NCBI GenBank assembly: GCA_049599475.1 | Contig: JBMYOQ010000004.1 | Span: 64,001 to 128,000 of the forward strand | Direction of reading: 5' to 3' | Origin: Opitutales bacterium | GTDB taxonomy: Bacteria; Verrucomicrobiota; Verrucomicrobiia; Opitutales; JABSRG01 | Length of the DNA stretch: 64,000 nucleotides | Shown: positions 29,550 through 39,000 of the stretch, one piece after another | Layout of the letters: the number at the start of each line of letters is the position of its first letter | Position numbering within the stretch: position 1 is the stretch's first letter | Translations under genes and position numbers: made by a program | The notes under the pieces: model-generated | What the model was told of the DNA's origin: nothing | Seen by the model: only the letters and a program-made list of their open reading frames with translations | Database searches by the model: none

Positions 29550-30238
29550 AAGCCGCGATCGATTACGGTCTTCTTCGTTGCTAGATCCATCTTATGGACC
29601 TTCACTGTTGCGGGGCAATGGTCAAGCTGTGTCATTATATGGAAGCTGGAAAGGCTACCGAACGACCACAGAAATAGCCGAAAAATTCTCCTTTATTTCC
29701 GAGAATCTTATCTCTGCGAGCCTTGAGTTATAGGTCTTCTTCAAAGCATCCAGCTTGTGCCACTCGGTGCTAGTTTGTTTACCAACACTATGTAGCTAAA
29801 TGGAATCGGTGGTATAAAACCTAACCATCGCAACGCCACTACGCTCTAGCGCCAACACTTCAGTCTGCTTGAAAATTTGAGAGCATGCGAGTGAGGTGAT
29901 AGCAGTTTGTTACCCGCTTTAGGTCTTCCTAGATAAAGTGAACATTCGTTTAAATTGAACGTAACCTCGAAAGCTCAAAACCTGCGCACCGCGACAAAAA
30001 TCCTCTAACCAGTGCCTCGTCTGATTGAAAAATGTGTCGGCTTCAGTTTTGGGAGAGTGGAGCGCTCGGAACATTAACCATCATTCCTCAAAGGTTCGTG
30101 CTTCTCGAGTCTATAAGAATATTGTTTTAATGTATTGGGTCTGTTTATTTAGAAAATGTCAGGAAAATTAAGGGTTTTGTAAAGTCGTTGTGAAAAGGCT
30201 TGCTAAAGCGCCGTGTAACAAGCATGGAACGGCCTTAT

Positions 30239-30424
30239 ATGAAAATGTTTGCCGCTCTAATATCGTCGTTTCTTGTATTTACGCCAACGTGTCTCACTGC
30301 AAGTGAGCCCTCGAATGGGACTTTGATCATGTTGGGATCTTTGAGTGGTTGGATGGTTCTCTCCACAGCTTTTGTCCTCAAAAAGAAGTCTGCTCTTCAG
30401 GTTGGCAAGGGAGAGAAACAGTAA
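30239..30424 (+). CDS. Small protein: signal peptide plus PEP-CTERM-like tail
   Basis: MKMFAALISSFLVFTPTCLTA then SEPSNGTLIMLG-hydrophobic-KKK; 22 bp before the next gene. Confidence 0.55.
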   Translation: MKMFAALISSFLVFTPTCLTASEPSNGTLIMLGSLSGWMVLSTAFVLKKKSALQVGKGEKQ

Positions 30425-30446
30425 TTCATATCTGAAAGGATTCTAG

Positions 30447-33400
30447 ATGTACATTTTAGGTAGTGGACTCTCCTGGTCTAGAGGTTATGTCCATGGGACT
30501 CTTTTGATTCTTTGTTCTCTGGTTAATGCATCTGAAGCGGGTGTCGGATTACCGTATGAGAACGATTTCGAAAATTCCGATGGGGTTGGGATCGGACTAG
30601 TCTCCGAACTATTGAATTGGTCGAAGACCGAAGGGCTTTCTGTTTCCGCAACTGACGACGCTGCATCCGGAGTTCAGGCGCTTGAACTATCATATGGTGG
30701 TGACTTTGGGCTCGAAATTCTGCCCTATCCCGAGCTAGATACTGTAGGCTGGGTCGATTTTTACCTTAAGCCCTCTGTAATAAATCAAGATGAGTTCCCC
30801 TCTTGGATTCCTCCCTATAAATCGGCGGTTACAGGCTTTGGTGAAATGGAAGGCCAGGGTGAGGTTTATGCTATCGACGGCGATGGGTTTGGAAGCGGGA
30901 AATGGCTCCCGTCTGGGGCATCCTTTGACATAGAGAGTAAGCAGGCAAAAGAATGGATGCGGTTGACCTACAGGCTCGATTTCGCGAGGAAGTCTTGGGA
31001 TCTGTTTGTTGATGGTCAGTTTATTTACGCAGGTCTTGGGTTTCTAGACGATACAGTAAGCTCATTGGGGAGTTTTACGTTAAGATCTGGGATCGAAGAT
31101 TCTACGAATTTTGATTTCTTCTATGCTGGATTCGAAAACCCAATATATCTGGATAGTTCAAACGATGGATTACCAGACGCCTGGCTTGAGGCCCAGGGAT
31201 TGAGCGTTTCTGAAAGTCAACGTTATAGCGATTTAGATTTCGATGGTTTGGATGCTGCAGCGGAATATATAAATCAAACATTTGTCCATAATCCGGACTC
31301 TGATGGAGATGGTGTCTCCGATGGAATGGAGGTTTCTTACAATAACGACCCATCCGTTGCTGATAGTTATATTTTAGGTGTCTTACCGTTTAGTGAAGAT
31401 TTTGAGTCTTATTTTGAGGGGAGTTTTTTCGATACGGAGAACTGGATTGTTACAGGGGGCGCCAATGTCTCTTCCAAATCACATTCTGGATCTCTCGCTC
31501 TCGATGTTGAACCGATTTCCTCCGTCAAGAGTTGGATTGCGGGATCTTCTTATGGAATCGTTTGGGTTGATGTCTGGATCGAAAATCAAAGTGAATTACA
31601 GCCATCCGTATCGTTAGATCAAAGTGTCGTTTACAGCTTTGACTTGGAGAATCGCCTGAGGGTTCGGGCTTCAAATAATCAATGGACCCAGGCTGATGTC
31701 TCGTCCCGGGTAGGATGGCGACGATACACCGTAAAGAATGACTACTCTTTGCAGTCGTCTGATATATACGTTGATGGCCTAAGGGTTCTGAGAGAAATCC
31801 CGTTTTCGGCTCCCTCTCCATTTTTGAATCAAGTTGAATTTCTAGGGCCGATAGCAATTGATGAATACTCTGTTCTGGGGACCAAGCCGGTAGGTTTGGA
31901 TGACGACGCTGATGGCTTGGACAATGAATCCGAAATTTTACAGGGCACAGATCCGGAACTGTTCGATTCGGATAATGATGGAATGGGTGATCTGTCTGAA
32001 ATTGTTCATGGCTTCGATCCATTAGCTGCTAACTCAGAGTTCTCATCATTTCAGGCTAGCTCCGAGAACCCGTTTTGGGTTTCTCAATTTTCTGTATTGG
32101 AGGGATTCCAAGCGGGAGACCTTGCTGGGCAAATGAATTGGTTGAGCTCCGGTGCCGCGTCGGTTTCCACTGAAGAAATGCTTGAAATAACAGACTCTAT
32201 TGAGGGTCTAGTGCAGGTGTCCCACGGGTTTGGAATCGAAGAAATTAAAAGAGTCTGGGTCGCTTTTGATGCGGAAATGATTCCAGGATCTCTTCCTGAA
32301 ACCCCAGATTCTGCTTTTGCATTCGCGATGGCGATGCGAAGTGTGGATTCTGTTTCGATTTGGAATGCTCAGGAGAATATGTGGAAGAATTACTATTCGG
32401 ATCACCTTCGGGAAGGAATGAATACCTACGCATTTCATTTAGACTTCATTGAGAAAGCCTCGAGTGTGTATGCGAATGGAGTCCTTCTTGCCGATAACAT
32501 TCCATTTTTAAACTCTCAGTTGGAGGCGTTCTCGAGACTTATGATTAGACAGGAACCCGCCGCCGACCGGGATCCTGGTGAGCCGTCTGAAATGGCATTG
32601 TTCGACAATTTTTATGTGTCGGCCGCCGAGCCAGCTGATATGGATTTTGATGGCGATGGTTTAGTGAACGAAATAGAGCGCCAGGAGGGAACGGACCTAT
32701 ATTCTGTAGACTCGGACGGTGACGGTCTGGATGATCTATGGGAATATCAGAATGGCTTGGATGCCAGTGACCCTGAGGATGTTTATTCAGATTCAGATGG
32801 AGACTTTATTCCTGCTATTTATGAAATGAAGTATGGTTTGGATCCTAATTTTAAGGATTCGCATCCTATTTCAGGTATTGTAATGATGGACCAGTGGTGG
32901 GGGGCCAAAAGCAAGATCTCAAGTCTTACTGCAAAGAGCACCTTTCCTCTTAGTCCCGATAGGCGATTGGTGAATGATTCTCTGAACCTCGATGGAATTG
33001 CGTCTAACCTCATATTGGGCACATCTCTGCGTGTTAGAGGATATTTGAGCCCTCTTGAGACCGGGGATCATGAATTCTGGATCAAAGGCGAGAATCAAGC
33101 TCAACTATGGTTGAGTGACGATGATTCGCCTTTTGAGATGAGAAATGTGGCGCAGATCATGACGCAGAAGTATCGAGCTGAGGGATACGATGTTTACGCA
33201 GAGCAGAAGTCTCAGCCTATATACTTAGAAGCGGGGAAGCATTACTATTTTGAAGTCTTACAATCATCTACATCGAGTGAAGGGAACTTCTCTGTTTCTT
33301 GGAAATATGGTGCGGGTCCACGAGCTGAAATTCCATCATCAGCTCTTTCTTCAGCTGGACCATTTGCGGAGGAAGATAGTAACGACAATGGTTTGAAAGA

Positions 33401-35105
33401 TTCGTGGGAATCTAACTATCCCGCGATATCTCTTGATGGCTATTGGTCTGATTCAGATGCCGATGGCCTTTTAGACATACTGGAATATCAGATAGGAACC
33501 TCTCCTGTTTTATTTGATTCGGACGGTGATGGTTTCAGCGATTATGTAGAATATACTTATTTGATGAGTGATCCATCCACGGGAGATGTTATTTTGGATG
33601 CTGACAATCATGTAGTAATCATTCCTTCGAACTATATATCCTCGTCTGCCGATTGGCTACCCTCCGGAGATGAAGTCTACTCGACTAATTCCACCGGATC
33701 GCTCGGGTATGAGCTGAACTTGCTCTCAGATGGTGTATATTATCTAGAGATTGAAATTGCTGAGCAATCCAACGTCAAAACAACATCTTCGGAATTTGAA
33801 GTGAGAGCCAGTCTGAACGGAGTCTCCTATGGTATCGACAAATCTAGAGTCCCAGCTGGAGATGTTGGTAAGCTCGAATTCTATCTTCCTTACTTATCAT
33901 TAGGGGCCTATACTCTTGATCTTGACTGGATTAACGGGTTCTCTGGATCTCAGATCCGCATAAAGGCTATTCATTTGTATCGACTTACGGGAGAAGACGA
34001 TGACGCATCAGGTGTCGCTGATTGGGTTGAGAGTCGTGCGCTAACCTTCTCTTCTGCTCCGATCGACGCGACTGTTTATACCTCACCGTTTCCAGTCGAA
34101 GGGGAGAGTTTCTCTCCTGAGCTAGTCGCAGTTTCCAGTTTTGTGGAGTCTGCCCCAGGCATTATCACCGCGGCGGAAACAAAGTTAGCCTTGTCGGGTG
34201 AGTATTTCGCTGAGGTATTGCTAAGCCCCGAGGAGCCCACGGTTGTAAATGTCATTGATGGAATAGCGAGTGTCTCCAGCCAGTTGCAGCTAACGTGGGC
34301 TGTATTTAATGTATTTGAGAATGCATCAATCGATGTTCGACTTAATGACTCGCTCCTCCTCGGCTTGTTTGATCCGGAGAAATCCGAACAATCTAATTAC
34401 GAGCTTACACTATTCGCTCCTGATGGTTCCAGCGAGATGTATTCTATTTTTGGGAGCAACAATCTTCAGGTTTTATTTGATCAACCGGGTGATTGGGTAA
34501 TTACCGGAACAATTGACCAAGGAGAGGGGGTCGACCCACTCGTCTTTACGTCCAATATACGGGTTATGGAGGCAGACCTCAGCCCTACTCCTATCATTGT
34601 CGATAATGTTCAGAGAGACTGGCAGCCTAATGTATCAGCGCCAGATATCGAGTTGTCTTCAGATGCTGGAGTGATGCTTTATGAGCCGGATATCGGTTCT
34701 ATGCCGCGCTCATTCAGGCTATCTAGTGGTGTGAATCGTGGCCGTATTTTGGCGAGACTTCCGAATGAGGGCCCGATCATATCGTCCACCGGGACGACAG
34801 TGATTCGAGACTACACCCGTACGCAGACGCATGATACAATCGTAGAGACATTTGAAGATGGTACCGTTATGGTCAGCGCCTACATCATCCTTAATGAAGT
34901 TCCCGAAGATCTCTCTTTGGAGATTACAATCTTTAAATCGGGGGTTACTTTCGATGATGGCACTATCACTCGGACCGTAACGGCTGAAGATTTTGATGAA
35001 TCAGGAAGATACCGGTTCTACATGTTGCGTTCACCGAGTGTTAAAGGCGGAAATTGCCATCGGTATTTCTATTTTCAGGACGACACCCAAATTTCAACTT
35101 GGTAG
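30447..35105 (+). CDS. Large secreted protein: 3 LamG/ConA-like repeats, bacterial TSP3-like DxDxDG repeats, PA14 domain, beta-rich C-terminus
   Basis: Signal peptide; repeats at about 30549, 31383 and 32070 (W-V-D..D-F..D-l-y-V-D-G); many DSDGDG motifs; PA14 RVRGYL..GDHEFWI..IYLEAGKHYYFE. Confidence 0.85.
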   Translation: MYILGSGLSWSRGYVHGTLLILCSLVNASEAGVGLPYENDFENSDGVGIGLVSELLNWSKTEGLSVSATDDAASGVQALELSYGGDFGLEILPYPELDTVGWVDFYLKPSVINQDEFPSWIPPYKSAVTGFGEMEGQGEVYAIDGDGFGSGKWLPSGASFDIESKQAKEWMRLTYRLDFARKSWDLFVDGQFIYAGLGFLDDTVSSLGSFTLRSGIEDSTNFDFFYAGFENPIYLDSSNDGLPDAWLEAQGLSVSESQRYSDLDFDGLDAAAEYINQTFVHNPDSDGDGVSDGMEVSYNNDPSVADSYILGVLPFSEDFESYFEGSFFDTENWIVTGGANVSSKSHSGSLALDVEPISSVKSWIAGSSYGIVWVDVWIENQSELQPSVSLDQSVVYSFDLENRLRVRASNNQWTQADVSSRVGWRRYTVKNDYSLQSSDIYVDGLRVLREIPFSAPSPFLNQVEFLGPIAIDEYSVLGTKPVGLDDDADGLDNESEILQGTDPELFDSDNDGMGDLSEIVHGFDPLAANSEFSSFQASSENPFWVSQFSVLEGFQAGDLAGQMNWLSSGAASVSTEEMLEITDSIEGLVQVSHGFGIEEIKRVWVAFDAEMIPGSLPETPDSAFAFAMAMRSVDSVSIWNAQENMWKNYYSDHLREGMNTYAFHLDFIEKASSVYANGVLLADNIPFLNSQLEAFSRLMIRQEPAADRDPGEPSEMALFDNFYVSAAEPADMDFDGDGLVNEIERQEGTDLYSVDSDGDGLDDLWEYQNGLDASDPEDVYSDSDGDFIPAIYEMKYGLDPNFKDSHPISGIVMMDQWWGAKSKISSLTAKSTFPLSPDRRLVNDSLNLDGIASNLILGTSLRVRGYLSPLETGDHEFWIKGENQAQLWLSDDDSPFEMRNVAQIMTQKYRAEGYDVYAEQKSQPIYLEAGKHYYFEVLQSSTSSEGNFSVSWKYGAGPRAEIPSSALSSAGPFAEEDSNDNGLKDSWESNYPAISLDGYWSDSDADGLLDILEYQIGTSPVLFDSDGDGFSDYVEYTYLMSDPSTGDVILDADNHVVIIPSNYISSSADWLPSGDEVYSTNSTGSLGYELNLLSDGVYYLEIEIAEQSNVKTTSSEFEVRASLNGVSYGIDKSRVPAGDVGKLEFYLPYLSLGAYTLDLDWINGFSGSQIRIKAIHLYRLTGEDDDASGVADWVESRALTFSSAPIDATVYTSPFPVEGESFSPELVAVSSFVESAPGIITAAETKLALSGEYFAEVLLSPEEPTVVNVIDGIASVSSQLQLTWAVFNVFENASIDVRLNDSLLLGLFDPEKSEQSNYELTLFAPDGSSEMYSIFGSNNLQVLFDQPGDWVITGTIDQGEGVDPLVFTSNIRVMEADLSPTPIIVDNVQRDWQPNVSAPDIELSSDAGVMLYEPDIGSMPRSFRLSSGVNRGRILARLPNEGPIISSTGTTVIRDYTRTQTHDTIVETFEDGTVMVSAYIILNEVPEDLSLEITIFKSGVTFDDGTITRTVTAEDFDESGRYRFYMLRSPSVKGGNCHRYFYFQDDTQISTW

Positions 35106-35111
35106 ATCGAA

Positions 35112-35999
35112 ATGTTTGGCCAATTAAATTTCTGCTCCTTATCCGGGAAGATTCTTTCTAAACTGCCAATTCTTTTGGGGCTGCTGTCATTCGTCCAAAT
35201 TGTTCATCTGAGAGCTGAATTTTCCGTTGAAGATATTACAAACCTGTCGAGTGAGCCCTCGTTTGAAGAGCGCCATCATGCTCTTCATCGCCTATCAGGC
35301 GATCAGCTCTCCGATGGCTATCGTTGGTTATTCTCGTTTATGAAAGACGAGAATGTTCCTGAAGGAATGCGGCGAGTAGACTACATGTCCCTCGTAAATG
35401 ATATTTTTAATGTCCTGCTGGAGAATGATTTGAAGGCTCAAGATCTATTGGAGCTTTCAATAGATACGATACCTAAAATGGATGCGGACTTAGTCTGGCG
35501 GGACTATTGCGTTCAGAAATTTGGTTACTTGCTTGGCCGGAGTGACTTGTCCCCAGCTTCTGTTCATCGTGCGCTATCCCTTTTGGATAATGCTACTTCG
35601 GGAGCGTTCCCAGGATTGCAAGGTACTGCCCTTATTGTGGCTTGTAAGGTTATAGAAAGGCACCCTGAGATCGAATCATATTTCCTTGATAAAGGAAAAA
35701 TCGGCATGCGGGCAATTAAGTCCGCTCAGTCGTTGGAGGCATCTCTTCTCGATAGAGTGACGGCCTTACAGGTTGCTGCGCGTTACCGTGCTGAGGGTAC
35801 ACTCGCTTACTCGATTAAATTGATCGAAGAGTCTCTTTCGAAGGAATTGGATACGATGCTTTTGGTGTCCGCTATAGCTGCTCTAGGAGAGCTTGGAGAT
35901 CTTTCTCACGAGTCATTGCTAAAAGAACACAGATTCTCTCCCGATGTCCGTTTGCGAAGTGCAAGCCGAAGAGCACTGAATGAAATTTCAACAAAATAG
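35112..35999 (+). CDS. Secreted HEAT/ARM-like helical repeat protein
   Basis: Signal peptide; DRVTALQVAA, VSAIAALGELG, DVRLRSASRRAL HEAT-like repeats. Confidence 0.75.
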   Translation: MFGQLNFCSLSGKILSKLPILLGLLSFVQIVHLRAEFSVEDITNLSSEPSFEERHHALHRLSGDQLSDGYRWLFSFMKDENVPEGMRRVDYMSLVNDIFNVLLENDLKAQDLLELSIDTIPKMDADLVWRDYCVQKFGYLLGRSDLSPASVHRALSLLDNATSGAFPGLQGTALIVACKVIERHPEIESYFLDKGKIGMRAIKSAQSLEASLLDRVTALQVAARYRAEGTLAYSIKLIEESLSKELDTMLLVSAIAALGELGDLSHESLLKEHRFSPDVRLRSASRRALNEISTK

Positions 36000-36015
36000 A
36001 TAAAGATTTATTACA

Positions 36016-39000
36016 ATGTTTTCTCCATTTTCAGGTTATAGGCATACTCATATTTTGCGGTATATATTGCCGATTCTCTTCGCGCTTCTATGTGTCGGAT
36101 TACCGGGAACACTTTTGGCAAATCGGGGCCCTTCTGATTCTTCTGGTACTGAAGATGATGGAAATGAAGAAGAGCTCTCTGGATGCGATTCATCGTCTGG
36201 AAGTGATAACGGAAGTGTGAGTTTTGCTGTCCCGTTTCCTATTCTTCCTCTAGAAGAAGACTTAGGCGGACGGAAATTTCATATACTTGAGAGCGAGCCA
36301 TCTCCGCTTCTGTTTACGCCCGCTTCCCTGAACCACACTTCTCGCGCATTCACATATGTGAGCGCTATTATAGATCCCTCTGACCTGCCAGAAGGGTTTT
36401 CTCACGAATTCGAAATTACAAATATTCAGAGTGAACCTATTAATTTTCTTGTTAGGCATGGCTCATCGATTGGAGTTATTGGAGGAGAGTTTACCGGATC
36501 GGGTGAAGTTGCGGAGTTGCTGGATTCTAGTTTTGCTCCGACGCAGGGGGTCCCAGCATATTATCGTGTCTATCTTGGTAGTGGTGGTTATATTGACTAT
36601 CCGGCTAATCGGGGAGCGACACCTGATGCAGTCGTTACCCAAAGTGGTCGAAGTTTAAACCTGTCGACCGGAAAGGATGAGATTTTTGACGTCTCATATG
36701 ACGGCGGTGCATTTAGACAGATTCGTTCACCCTATGGTTTGGCAGATATTGTAGTGGTAGACGACTTCGGATATGAGATTAGATTTTATACTCCTGGTCA
36801 GGTTCTAGAGAAAGCTGGTGGAGAATACCCAGTAAACGGAGAACCATATCGAGTCATAGCGGTACGCAATCCGACGGGTCAAATTCAGAACAATTCGATT
36901 GTTCGAATTACCGATACTCACGGTGATTACGAGTCGGTGTCTCAGTGGACATATGTATCAGGAGCCGAGGAGTGGGTCATGTCATCAGGCTATGATGCGG
37001 AGGCAGACGAATTCTTACTGCACGAATACAAGACCGCAGAAGAGGTCTCGCCCGAAGAAAAATTGGTTTTAAGTGAGCTCTTAGATTCCGATTTAAATCT
37101 AGTTCAGAGGAAACAGGCTCTCCATACCACGGATAGTAATGGAAAAGTCTATATTACAGTCGAAACAGAGAGTCACAACGAAGAGAACTATGTAACGACG
37201 TATGATTATTACTTCGAGGTTCAAGAGTCTGAGTCAGAGTCAGAGTCTGAGGCCCCAGATAGTGAAACAGACTCTGGCAGTGACAAGACGTTGACCTTTG
37301 GTAAACTGAAATCTGTAGAGTACCCAAATGGCTCATGGGAACGTTATGTCTATGACGAAGCAAATAGGCGTTCCACTGTCGCGCGCCCCTGGTTAGATAG
37401 CGCGTTTAGTTCAACGGATGATGAAGCGAGGCTTACCGAATACTCATATGTCCCGGTACATCCGTTGGATATTTTGAACCCATTTGATAGTAGGCCGAGG
37501 ACGACGATCGAATATACTTTAGGAATAGAGACGGGACGTGCATACAATGCCTTTTTCGTCGACTCCATAACTGGCGAGTACACGGAGATTATGGAAGTAG
37601 CGACAGTCGCTGGCGCACAATTTGGAGATTCAGCGAACTTACGTACAAAGCATACCTATTACCCTATCAGTGCGGATGCAGCATCAGCGGGACGTTTAAA
37701 GACTGTCGAAACTCCAGATGGTGTTGTGCGGATCTATAGCTATGGGCAGGCTACATCTTCCGACAATTTTATTGAGACTGTAGATACAGTAGGTGTTGAT
37801 GGTCCGGTAAATGGTAAGTCCATGCGTATCCAAACAACTCGTAATACACGTGGTTTGGCTATCGCGGAGGCATCTTATGTGTATGCTTTGGATACATGGA
37901 ATTTACTTTCGACAACATTCTTTGAATATACGGACGAGGTTTCGTCTTCGGGTGCGCAACTAAAGGTGTCTCGAAAAGACGGTAGGGTATTATTAGAGCA
38001 ATCATGGTCAGGTCCAAACATTGCCTCTGTGATAGATGCGTTTGGAGTAGAGACACATTTTTTCTACGACCCTTTGGATCGCCTTGAGAGGGAAGTCAAA
38101 ATCGGCGCCGAGGGGCGAGAGGATATTGTAACCACCTATAATAGAACACTTGGGGCAATCGATTGTGGCTGTGACGGAAAGCTCTCCATCAAGCGTACAG
38201 CTGGAGGGTTGACGCTGGAAGAGAAAAAGGACACAGACTCCGTCGGTAGGTTGTCTAGTACCCAAACTATTGATGGTTATCAGACTTCGTATTCATATTT
38301 TAATTACGATTTGGAAACAACTGAGACTCTGCCGACTGGTGAGACGCGAACAACGTCGAATCATTTAGATGGTCAACTGAAGGCAACCTTGGGCAGTTCG
38401 GTTATTCACGAGTTTTATACTTACGAAATCAATTCAGATGGGCACCGTATAGTCACCGTTTCAATAGGCACTCAAAATTCTCCGCGCTACAAGAAGACGA
38501 CTTACGATTTTGCGGGAAGATTGATAAGTGAGACTACGCCGACGACCACTGGTGGCACATACACTCGTACTTATACCTATGATGAGAGGGGGCTATTGGT
38601 GACTCAGTCAGAGCCTGGATTGGCGAGCACGGTATTTGAGTATGACTCTCTCGCAAACTCGGTACGCACAGGTTTGGATGTCGATGGTGATGGTGTGCTA
38701 CAGTTACTGTCAGTAGATCGTATTACCGATAATGACACGTTTTTTGAGCAAGATGCTAGTCGTGATAACGCATGGTACGAGGTGTCCACCGTTACAACCT
38801 ATCCTGACGAAAACAGCGACCGGTCAGTCATTGTTTCTCGTATGGCTGAAAAGAGTTCAGGTTTTACGCTTGCGACGGAGCACGGGGACCTGGTTTCGGA
38901 GACTATTGCTAGAGATATTCATGGAAACGAAACTGTCGTCACCACCTACGCTGAACGCTCGACGAAGACAGCCAAAGCTATCACCAATTCTCCCGGCTCT

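Noticed and set aside
29425..29733. 102-aa ORF overlapping the cheV end
   Set aside because: Out-of-frame overlap, no plausible start or motif
31150..33560. Recurring GATGG/GACGG-rich motifs as a DNA repeat array or CRISPR
   Set aside because: They encode DxDxDG protein repeats with synonymous variation; no constant repeat-spacer period and no cas genes
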